DNA from: an uncultured Clostridia bacterium
GTDB taxonomy: Bacteria > Bacillota > Clostridia > Christensenellales > UBA1242
NCBI GenBank assembly: GCA_947366645.1
Contig: CANBAX010000001.1
Coordinates: 1-46,568, forward strand
Length of the DNA stretch: 46,568 nt
Direction of reading: 5' to 3'
In this document: piece by piece, positions 26,478 through 33,699 of the stretch
How the letters are laid out: each line of letters starts with the position of its first letter
How positions within the stretch are numbered: position 1 is the first letter of the stretch
Position numbers and translations under genes: made by a program
The notes under the pieces: generated by a model
Seen by the model: the letters and a program-made list of their open reading frames with translations, nothing else
Databases searched by the model: none
Told to the model about the DNA's origin: nothing

Positions 26478-27035
26478 ATGGAAAAATTACTTAGTGAAAA
26501 AGAACAGTTGATTCTCGACAAACTTGTGATGTTATTTGTACTCGATAAGATGGAAATTCCCCTTACCGAGGACTCTATCTTGGACATTTGTAGTGTGAAA
26601 AACGAATGGATTAAAAACTACATGGACTGCAAAGCCATAATTCATGACCTGACTGAATCCAAACTACTCTACAAACTTGGCAACCTTGAACAAGGAAAGG
26701 AACTTTTCTCTCTTACCTATGAAGGAAGAGAATGCCTGTCCTATCTTTACAGACGGATACCTTTCTCTCTGCGTGAAAACATCTCACAATACCTTCAAAT
26801 AAATAAACTTAATGTTAAATCCTCACAAGAGTACACTGCCACTTACAACAAAAATGATGACGGCTCTTACAATGTTATTCTTAGGATTTATGAGCCTCTT
26901 ATTACCGTGCCTATGTTTGAACTTAAAATCAAAGCCCCTTCCCGTCAGTCTGCTAACGAGGCAATTCACAAGTGGAAAACTAGCGCACCTACAATTTATG
27001 AGAGTATTTATGAAAAGCTGATTAATATAGATTAA
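26478..27035 (+). CDS. DUF4364-like (PadR-like winged-helix) protein, putative
   Basis: ORF 26442..27035. The first ATG is at 26478 (MEKLLSEKEQLILDKL...). The family call is from memory only. The last roughly 85 nt are duplicated downstream. Confidence 0.5.
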   Translation: MEKLLSEKEQLILDKLVMLFVLDKMEIPLTEDSILDICSVKNEWIKNYMDCKAIIHDLTESKLLYKLGNLEQGKELFSLTYEGRECLSYLYRRIPFSLRENISQYLQINKLNVKSSQEYTATYNKNDDGSYNVILRIYEPLITVPMFELKIKAPSRQSANEAIHKWKTSAPTIYESIYEKLINID

Positions 27036-27326
27036 GTTAGGACAGACACCACTCGTCGGTCGCTCACAAATCAAAGATTTGATTCGCTGCCTCGCGGTTT
27101 CTCCACCTCCCACGGGTCCCCGAAAAACTTTTGAGTTTTTTGGGAATGGGAGTTTTCTTCCCTAAGGGGTCCTTCTGGATTTCAAGAGCGGACATAGTCC
27201 TTTTACTTTGAAATCCGCCAGTCCGCTAACGAGGCAATTCACAAGTGGAAAACAAGCGCACCTACAATTTATGAGAGTATTTATGAAAAGTTGATTAATA
27301 TAGATTAAGTTAGGACAAGCACCATT
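26952..27326 (+). repeat. tandem duplication, period 273 nt, about 1.4 copies
   Basis: 26952-27053 (gene 3' end plus TTAGGACAGACACCACT) recurs at 27225-27326 with about 6 mismatches. The first copy continues as the full E element. Confidence 0.85.
27037..27224 (+). repeat. E element copy 2 (about 188 nt)
   Basis: It starts 2 nt after the stop codon. It has the conserved 5' end, centre (27087-27108) and 3' end of copy 1, with different internal hairpins (CTCCCA...TGGGAG, GGATTTCAAAG...TTTGAAATCC). Confidence 0.8.
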
Positions 27327-27355
27327 ATCTATAGTTTATATTCTACTTAACGACT

Positions 27356-27383
27356 AAAAAACACACCAAGTGGTGTGCTTTTT
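27356..27383 (+). terminator. rho-independent terminator
   Basis: CACACC-aagt-GGTGTG followed by CTTTTTATTTT. Confidence 0.75.
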
Positions 27384-27388
27384 ATTTT

Positions 27389-27600
27389 AGATTTCTCCGC
27401 GTCGCCCTTCGGGCTATGGTCGAAATGACAAAGGTGAGAAAAACAGATTTCTCCGCTTTGCGACCAAAGGTCGCGCCGGTCGAAATGACAAAAGTGGAGC
27501 AAAGATTTCTCCGCTACGGGCTAAGCCCTTCGGTCGAAATGACAGTGCCTTAGGCACTTTTTTACGCTTCGCTAGATTATTCACTTTGTTCAGAATGACA
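27389..27600 (+). repeat. mosaic repeat cluster R8
   Basis: A units 27389-27430, 27445-27490 and 27503-27544. B/C unit 27545-27600. Confidence 0.9.
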
Positions 27601-27631
27601 AAGGGGTGCCTTAGGTGGGCTTTGTGGTAAT

Positions 27632-27716
27632 TAATGCAATTTTCCTTTGGTCGCAAGAGGCAAACCAAGCGGTAAGGTTGGAAAAATTTGTGCTAGTAAA
27701 TTTTGAGACCAATTAG
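27632..27716 (+). repeat. D module copy 1 (about 85 nt), overlapping the stop codon of the HIT-RNase H gene
   Basis: TAATGC..TTTGGTCGCAA..AAAAATTTGTGCTAGTAAATTTTGAGACCAATTAG aligns with 42143-42226. Confidence 0.75.
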
Positions 27717-28594
27717 CTTGTGTGCAACCTCAGTTTTTCTATCTCGGCACGCGCAAGTGCGTCACAGCGATTATTAAGTGCGTTATCGGCGTGTCCCTTC
27801 ACCTTATGCCACGAAACGCTATGTCTTGCGGTCTGCACTAAAAGGCGTTTCCAAAGGTCAATATTTTGCACCTCTTTTTTCCCACTTGTGTGCCAGTTAT
27901 TCTTTTGCCATGAGCCTACCCAGTCTTCAACAAACGCATTTACAACATAGGCTGAGTCGCTGTATACATCTACCTCACAAGGCTCTTTTATCTTTTCTAG
28001 CCCCATGATTACTGCCATAAGTTCCATACGATTATTTGTAGTTTCTCTTTCCCCGCCTTTCACCTCTTTTTCTTGACTTCCATATTGTAATATACCCGCC
28101 CAGCCACCAAGCCCTGGGTTGCCTGAGCAGGCACCATCTGTATACAATACTATTTTTTTCGCTTCGCCTAGGTCTTGGGATACGCTTACGCTACGATTTG
28201 GTTGAGCAGCATTAAGGCTTAATTTTTCCGCTAGTAGTTTTAAGTCATTACCTATTTTTGGATAGGTTTTATATATATCTTTTCCATCGTCTTTACGGCG
28301 TGGAAATACGTGCATATGAAAATGTGGCACCATTTCATTTACATTCATAAGATTAACGCTATCATAGCCACATTTCTCAGTAAAATGTTTAGACACGAGT
28401 TGCACGGTATTCATTACATGGGCAAGGTCAGCCTTTGGGCAGTCAATTACATTATGGCAATGTTTTTTGGGAATAACAAGAGTATGCCCCTCAATATCAT
28501 CTGCGATATCTAAAAAAGCAAGTGTGTACTCATCTTCATAGATTTTATAACTTGGAATTTCACCTTTTACGATTTTACAAAATACGCAGTCCAT
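27713..28594 (-). CDS. HIT-family hydrolase fused to ribonuclease HI
   Basis: The N-terminal half has CKIVKGEIPSYKIYEDEY...HFHMHVFPR (histidine triad). The C-terminal half has LYTDGACSGNPG...NNRMEL...YSDS...KVKGHADN..NNRCDALA (RNase HI DEDD). GAGGTG RBS before ATG 28594; the ORF track starts at 28606. Confidence 0.85.
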   Translation of the reverse strand: MDCVFCKIVKGEIPSYKIYEDEYTLAFLDIADDIEGHTLVIPKKHCHNVIDCPKADLAHVMNTVQLVSKHFTEKCGYDSVNLMNVNEMVPHFHMHVFPRRKDDGKDIYKTYPKIGNDLKLLAEKLSLNAAQPNRSVSVSQDLGEAKKIVLYTDGACSGNPGLGGWAGILQYGSQEKEVKGGERETTNNRMELMAVIMGLEKIKEPCEVDVYSDSAYVVNAFVEDWVGSWQKNNWHTSGKKEVQNIDLWKRLLVQTARHSVSWHKVKGHADNALNNRCDALARAEIEKLRLHTS

Positions 28595-28641
28595 ATTACA
28601 CCTCATAATTTTTGGAAGCCACCACCTTACAAAGTTGTTTT

Positions 28642-28875
28642 AGATTTCTCCACGACGCCTTCGGCTCTGGTCGAAATGACATCTCCTTAGGCGGTTTATT
28701 GTTGAAATAGATTTCTCCGCTACGGGCTACGCCCTTCGGTCGAAATGACAAAGTAAGAGAGTTTCGGTCGAAATGACAGAAGATAGGTCGGTCGAAATGA
28801 CAAAGTAAGAGAGTTTCGGTCGAAATGACAGAAGACGGGTCGGTCGAAGTTAACTAAGTGTCAGTCGAAATGACA
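28642..28875 (+). repeat. mosaic repeat cluster R9
   Basis: A units 28642-28681 (CCA/TGG variant) and 28709-28750. Short units 28766-28778, 28790-28802, 28818-28830 and 28863-28875. 52-nt tandem duplication at 28751-28802 / 28803-28854. Confidence 0.9.
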
Positions 28876-28973
28876 AACAAGTGTGGCTCACTCTTTATTG
28901 ATTATACCAAAGTTTTTTATTTTCTCAAACACATTTAAGGCTATTAACGAATAAAGAATATTGAGGTGATATT

Positions 28974-29597
28974 TTGAAAAACAAACCAAAACTTTTGGAC
29001 AGGAAAACTGCCCATATATTTAATTGCACCTTTGGTGACGGTGTGGTCATTCACGGAAATGTGACCTTAACCAACTGCGAAATTGGCGACGGCGTACATA
29101 TTTTTTCGGGGTGTGACATTTCTGACAGCGTTATCGGCAGTGGCAGTGTAGTGAAATATAGCGTTATTGAAAAATCTATTGTCGGAAAAAACAACCAAAT
29201 TGGTCCATTTTCACACCTACGACCAAATTCTAAAACCTGTGACAATGTGAAAATAGGAAATTTTGTGGAAGTTAAAAACTCCACCCTTCATGACGGCGTG
29301 AAAGCAAATCATCTTGCCTATATCGGCGACTGCGAAATTGGGGATAACACCAACATTGGCTGCGGTGCGATTTTTGTCAACTACAATGGAAAAATTAAGC
29401 AAAAATGCAAGGTGGGAAAGGACTGCTTTATTGGGAGCAATGTGAATGTTATCGCACCCATTGAAATTGCTGACGGCAGTTACATTTGTGCGGGAACTAC
29501 TATTACCGACAATACAAATACTGACGACTTTGTAATTGGCAGAGTTAAGCCAGTTATAAAGCCAGAACGCGCAAAAAAGTACAGAAAGGAGAAATAA
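28974..29597 (+). CDS. GlmU-like left-handed beta-helix acetyltransferase domain only (no uridylyltransferase domain)
   Basis: 207 aa. TTG start with a GAGGTG RBS. IGPFSHLRPNS...IGNFVEVKNS...ANHLAYIGDCEIG..NIGCGAIFVNYNGK.K..C.VG...FIGSNVNVIAP matches the GlmU C-terminal half. Confidence 0.8.
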   Translation: MKNKPKLLDRKTAHIFNCTFGDGVVIHGNVTLTNCEIGDGVHIFSGCDISDSVIGSGSVVKYSVIEKSIVGKNNQIGPFSHLRPNSKTCDNVKIGNFVEVKNSTLHDGVKANHLAYIGDCEIGDNTNIGCGAIFVNYNGKIKQKCKVGKDCFIGSNVNVIAPIEIADGSYICAGTTITDNTNTDDFVIGRVKPVIKPERAKKYRKEK

Positions 29598-30908
29598 ATG
29601 GGAATATATTTTGGAACTGACGGTATTCGCGGAATTGCTTGTCGCGACCTTTCCACCGACACAGCCGAAAAACTTGGCAACAGTCTGGGGCAGAAAAAAC
29701 GATGTGCGAAAATCATAATTGGAAGGGATACACGAATTTCGGGCAGTCTTCTTACCTCTGCCTTTGCAGTAGGTGCAATGAAAGCTGGAGCAAATGTTAT
29801 TGATGTAGGTATTGTCACTACACCTTGTGTTGCACTGCTTGTTAAGCGTTTTAATGCGGACTATGGTGTTATGGTGTCGGCTTCACATAATCCGCCAGAA
29901 TATAACGGACTAAAAGTTTTTGGTTGTGACGGCAAAAAACTTAGTGAAAAAGAGGAAGAAGAACTTGAAGAACTTTTTTCCTCCCCTCTCGTATGTCCTA
30001 AACTTGGGCAATTATCCTACCTTACAAATGGCGTGAAAATTTACGAAAAGCATTTGGAGAGCGTGACTAGGCTTGATTTTAAAGGTATGAAAATTGCTCT
30101 GGACTGCTCTAATGGTGCTTCCTACAAAATTGCTAAGAAGGTATTCAAAAATTTAGGTGCGGTCGTATTTACCACTGGTGTCAGTGGAAACGGAGAGAAA
30201 ATTAACGAAGGTTGCGGAAGTTTACATATAGAAAACTTACAACATCTTATGAAAACTTCAGGGGCTGATGTGGGGTTTGCTTTTGACGGCGATGCCGACA
30301 GAATTATTGCAGTAGCATCTGACCTTACCGTGTTTGACGGCGACAAACTTATATATATTTTAGCAAAGCACCTTAAAAGCAAAGGCGAACTTAAAAACAA
30401 CACCGTTGTTGGCACAAGTCATACCAACAGTGGTATTTGCCACGCTCTTGAAAAAAACAAGATTAACATGATACGAACGGATATAGGTGACAAATATGTT
30501 ATTGAGGCTATGGAAAACATGAATCTTTCACTTGGTGGCGAGCAGTCGGGACATATAATACTATCCTCTTACGCAAGCACTGGTGACGGCGTTTTGGCCG
30601 CTATTAAACTTAGTGAAATTATTAAAGAAAGCGGAAAAAGTCTTAACGAACTTTTTGACGCGAAACTTTACCCTCAGGAAAACCGCACTTACAGGACTAA
30701 CGACAAACTACGAATTATTAATAACGAAATACTTTCTCAAGAAATTAAAAATATCCAAAATAAACTTCCTCTTTCGGCAAGGATTTTAGTGCGAGCTAGC
30801 GGTACAGAACCAAAAATTCGCGTTATGGTGGAAACCACTAGCGAAAACGATGCTATTAAATATGCTGATGAACTTATTTCTGTCATGAAAAAAATAGATA
30901 ATCATTAA
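29598..30908 (+). CDS. glmM: phosphoglucosamine mutase
   Basis: SASHNPPEYNGLKVF active-site loop, DGDADR, GGEQSGH, 436 aa. Confidence 0.95.
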   Translation: MGIYFGTDGIRGIACRDLSTDTAEKLGNSLGQKKRCAKIIIGRDTRISGSLLTSAFAVGAMKAGANVIDVGIVTTPCVALLVKRFNADYGVMVSASHNPPEYNGLKVFGCDGKKLSEKEEEELEELFSSPLVCPKLGQLSYLTNGVKIYEKHLESVTRLDFKGMKIALDCSNGASYKIAKKVFKNLGAVVFTTGVSGNGEKINEGCGSLHIENLQHLMKTSGADVGFAFDGDADRIIAVASDLTVFDGDKLIYILAKHLKSKGELKNNTVVGTSHTNSGICHALEKNKINMIRTDIGDKYVIEAMENMNLSLGGEQSGHIILSSYASTGDGVLAAIKLSEIIKESGKSLNELFDAKLYPQENRTYRTNDKLRIINNEILSQEIKNIQNKLPLSARILVRASGTEPKIRVMVETTSENDAIKYADELISVMKKIDNH

Positions 30909-30973
30909 TTTTCTTTTTATTTTATTTGATATTTTCTCTTTTTTATAGTATTCTTTTTTTAGGAGGATTTAAA

Positions 30974-31204
30974 ATGGCAAAGAGAAAATCAAGTAAAGAT
31001 TATTTCGGTCTTGGAAGAGTTGTAAGTATCATTCTTGCAATATTCCCATTTACTGCATGGCTTCTTGGCGCTTTTACTAGATTTAGTGAAGGCAAGTTTG
31101 TTGCAGGTCTTATACGCTTAATTTTCGGTTTTAACATTGTTTGGATTGTAGACTTAATCCTTATGATAGTTAAAGGCAGAATTTGGCGTTTACTTAACTG
31201 CTAA
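30974..31204 (+). CDS. small membrane protein, 76 aa (hypothetical)
   Basis: AGGAGG RBS 7 nt before ATG 30974. Two hydrophobic helices. A terminator follows. Confidence 0.6.
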   Translation: MAKRKSSKDYFGLGRVVSIILAIFPFTAWLLGAFTRFSEGKFVAGLIRLIFGFNIVWIVDLILMIVKGRIWRLLNC

Positions 31205-31211
31205 GACTCTT

Positions 31212-31239
31212 AAAAAAACCGACATATGCCGGTTTTTTT
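31212..31239 (+). terminator. rho-independent terminator
   Basis: AACCGACAT/ATGCCGGTT imperfect stem followed by TTTTTTT. Confidence 0.7.
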
Positions 31240-31258
31240 ATTGCTATAGATTTATGGA

Positions 31259-31305
31259 AGATTTCTATGCTTTGCGACCATAGGTCGCATCAGTCAAGAT
31301 GACCA
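31259..31305 (+). repeat. degenerate A unit R10
   Basis: AGATTTCTATGCTTTGCGACCATAGGTCGCATCAGTCAAGATGACCA. Both conserved flanks are eroded but the inner GCGACC/GGTCGC hairpin is intact. Confidence 0.7.
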
Positions 31306-31324
31306 GCGAAAATTTACGATAACA

Positions 31325-31801
31325 CTATTCTATTATGCCCTTGATGTGAATACCCAAAAGTTCGAGATAATAGTATTCGTCTAAAGGTTTATTAAGTGCG
31401 TCATTTGAGTGAGCAGAAACATAAATTCTATTACTTTCTTTTTTTGTGATTATCACGGTATGATTAAAATGTGTAGGATTTTGCCTAAGCTGGATAATAT
31501 CTCCTATCTCAAGACTTTCTATAGGAGCAATTTCGCCGATTACTCCTATTCCGCTCTGCCGTAATAAAAACCTATTGAGATATTGTACACTCGTCCAGCT
31601 GGGCGAACGATTAAAGGAGTTTATATAAAACCAACCATAATATTTATTATAATTCATTACACCACCGCCGGCATACAAGCACTGGGAAATAAAATTTGTA
31701 CAATCACCACCTATTCCCGCAAAATGATAATATCTTGGGTTGGCACCAAGAGCCCATCGCTTAGCATATGCCACAGCGTCTTCTCGATTATATTGTTTCA
31801 T
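31325..31801 (-). CDS. putative amidase-domain protein
   Basis: 158 aa. AVAYAKRWA...GGDCTNFISQCLYAGG...SW..V matches my memory of the putative amidase domain family. Confidence 0.6.
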   Translation of the reverse strand: MKQYNREDAVAYAKRWALGANPRYYHFAGIGGDCTNFISQCLYAGGGVMNYNKYYGWFYINSFNRSPSWTSVQYLNRFLLRQSGIGVIGEIAPIESLEIGDIIQLRQNPTHFNHTVIITKKESNRIYVSAHSNDALNKPLDEYYYLELLGIHIKGIIE

Positions 31802-31848
31802 ACAATGTATTTATTCTAATAAAAAAATTTGGGTGCGGAATAGAAGAG

Positions 31849-32239
31849 AGATTTCTCCGCTTGTTCACCCCTAAAATGCTAAAGCATTTTTGGGGAGCCC
31901 CGAATGGTCGAAATGACAGTGGTTTAGGCGGGTTTTAACAATATATGTAAAAAAGATTTCTCCGCTGCGGGCTACGCCCTTCGGTCGAAATGACATAGGT
32001 AGGGAAAAACGCCCTTCGGTCGAAATGACAAGATGGAAAAACAGAGTTCGGTCGAAATGACATAGGTGAGAGTAAGACTGCGTATGGTGGTCGAAATGAC
32101 AATAAGATAGATTTCTCCGCTACGCTATTGCTCCGGTCGAAATGACATAGGTAGGGAAAAACGCCCTTCGGTCGAAATGACAAAGGTAGGGAAAATGGAC
32201 TGCGGTTGAAATGACAAGGAAGGGCTGGTCAAAATGAAA
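31849..32239 (+). repeat. mosaic repeat cluster R11
   Basis: Long-loop A unit 31849-31918. A units 31954-31995 and 32109-32147. Short units 32018-32030, 32050-32062, 32089-32101 and 32170-32182. Degenerate units 32204-32216 and 32227-32239. A 35-nt block at 31996-32030 is repeated at 32148-32182. Confidence 0.9.
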
Positions 32240-32247
32240 AAAAGCGG

Positions 32248-32889
32248 TTATTCCGCTTCGTCTTCTTGATTTGCAAGTTCTATCGCATCATTTTTAACAT
32301 ATATACCTTCTATCTTTGTATATGGCAGGTTTTCTTGTTTCTTTACTGATTTTATCACTATTTGCTTAGATTCTCCGCTTCCATACAAAATAAAATCGTC
32401 ATCATAGTTATAGTCTGGATAGTTTTCCTTATTATTTTTATATTCTTCTACATTTAAAATTTCAAAGCCAGCATTTTTATAAAATTTTCTTGCACGTTTT
32501 TCAAGTTCTTCCAGTGGCACCTCCCGCTTATAATCACGGTCAGTGGAAAGTTGCTGAGGCGCATACTCTCCGCGAATTACATAACCCTCATAATCATTTA
32601 GGGCAAAGGACAATATATCATTGAGTGCGGAGGCAACTCCTTTACCTCGATATTGTTGATAGGCGTAAACCTCACTTAAAAATAGTCTTTTATTTGGTTG
32701 AACTTGGACAAAAATATATCCAGTTGAATGCCCCTCTAAATTAAATGAATGAATATATATCTTCGTTCTGGCATTCCTTAAATATGCAATGTTTAAATTT
32801 TTATCTTTGTCGGCAAATACAAAGATATCTTCTATAAAGTTATCTTTTTGTCTGAAATTTCTTGCTAGTGAAAGTAATTTCTTTTTCAT
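32248..32889 (-). CDS. GNAT-family N-acetyltransferase (putative)
   Basis: 213 aa. YQQYRGKGVASAL (acetyl-CoA motif A-like) and FYKNAGFE. The start lies 20 nt from the tRNA-Ser 3' end. Confidence 0.6.
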   Translation of the reverse strand: MKKKLLSLARNFRQKDNFIEDIFVFADKDKNLNIAYLRNARTKIYIHSFNLEGHSTGYIFVQVQPNKRLFLSEVYAYQQYRGKGVASALNDILSFALNDYEGYVIRGEYAPQQLSTDRDYKREVPLEELEKRARKFYKNAGFEILNVEEYKNNKENYPDYNYDDDFILYGSGESKQIVIKSVKKQENLPYTKIEGIYVKNDAIELANQEDEAE

Positions 32890-32909
32890 TCCATACCCTT
32901 TGTTTTTTT

Positions 32910-32998
32910 TGGCGCAGAGAACAGGATTCGAACCTGCGGAGGCTTATCACCTCACACGCTTTCCAAGCGTGCGCCTTAAACCGCTCGGCCATCTCTGC
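32910..32998 (-). tRNA. tRNA-Ser (anticodon GGA), CCA encoded
   Basis: Minus strand: GCAGAGATGGCCGAGCGG...CACGC-TTGGAAA-GCGTG...long variable arm...GGTTCGAATCC...TCTCTGCGCCA. It has a 7-bp acceptor stem and a class II variable arm. Confidence 0.9.
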
Positions 32999-33118
32999 AT
33001 GAGCCTTTATTAGAATATCATATATTATTTTTAATTGCAACAAAATATTTATACTTTTTACTAAGCACCATGGTGCTTAGTATATGTTTTTTTAGCGTAA
33101 AAGTGCTTTAATATTATC

Positions 33119-33376
33119 ATGGATAAGAAACACGGAATTATGAACGCAATATCAAATAAATTAGGAAGATTAATGAGCAAAAGAGGCTGGAGCGTGTATA
33201 AGCTTTCCCGAGTTTCTGGTATTACTCCAAATGGAATAGAAGTCATATTACAAAAAAAATATAAAGATATTAAACTTTCAACTATAATTATCCTAGCAAA
33301 TTGTTTTAATATGACAGCATCAGAATTTTTATGTGACGATGATTTTCTTTTTAATAATTTAGATTTATATAAATAA
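33119..33376 (+). CDS. XRE-family helix-turn-helix protein
   Basis: 85 aa. LMSKRGWSVYKLSRVSGITPNGIEVIL...STIIILANCFNMTASEF is a typical HTH_3 pattern. Confidence 0.7.
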   Translation: MDKKHGIMNAISNKLGRLMSKRGWSVYKLSRVSGITPNGIEVILQKKYKDIKLSTIIILANCFNMTASEFLCDDDFLFNNLDLYK

Positions 33377-33387
33377 AAATTATTAGT

Positions 33388-33647
33388 AGATTTCTCCGCT
33401 GCGGGCTACGCCCTTCGGTCGAAATGACAAAATGAGAGAAAACAGGCTGCGGTCGAAATGACAGTGCCTTAGGCACGGTTGGAAAGAAATAGATTTCTCT
33501 ACGACGCCTTCGGCTCTGGTCCAAATGACAAAAGATGTGTTTTAGATTTCTCCGCTTTGCGACTATAGGTCGCGTCGGTCGAAATGACAGAGGCAGGGTT
33601 GGTCGAAATGACAAGGTGGGAAAAAATGGGCTGCGGTCGAAATGACA
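33388..33647 (+). repeat. mosaic repeat cluster R12
   Basis: A units 33388-33429, 33491-33530 (degenerate flanks) and 33544-33589. Short units 33451-33463, 33601-33613 and 33635-33647. Hairpin GTGCCTTAGGCAC 33464-33476. Confidence 0.9.
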
Positions 33648-33670
33648 AAAGGAGTGCTTGCTAAAATTAT

Positions 33671-33699
33671 AAAAAATACGCTAAATCTTAGCGTATTTT
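33671..33699 (-). terminator. rho-independent terminator overlapping the stop codon of 33698..34213
   Basis: AATACGCTAA-atc-TTAGCGTATT with a T-run on the minus strand. Confidence 0.7.

Noticed and set aside
28709-28750. The A unit could be a small self-cleaving ribozyme (hammerhead, twister or pistol), because of the CGAAA element next to a hairpin.
   Set aside because: Neither strand has the hammerhead CUGAUGA core or the conserved cores of the other classes as I remember them. The minimal 28-nt copies lack room for a three-way junction.
31849-32239. The repeat clusters (this one and R7, R9, R12, R14) could be CRISPR arrays.
   Set aside because: The conserved core is only 12-13 nt. Spacing is irregular at about 7-30 nt. 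The spacers are themselves conserved, purine-rich and repeated between loci. Units are of several interleaved types. No cas genes or leader are present.
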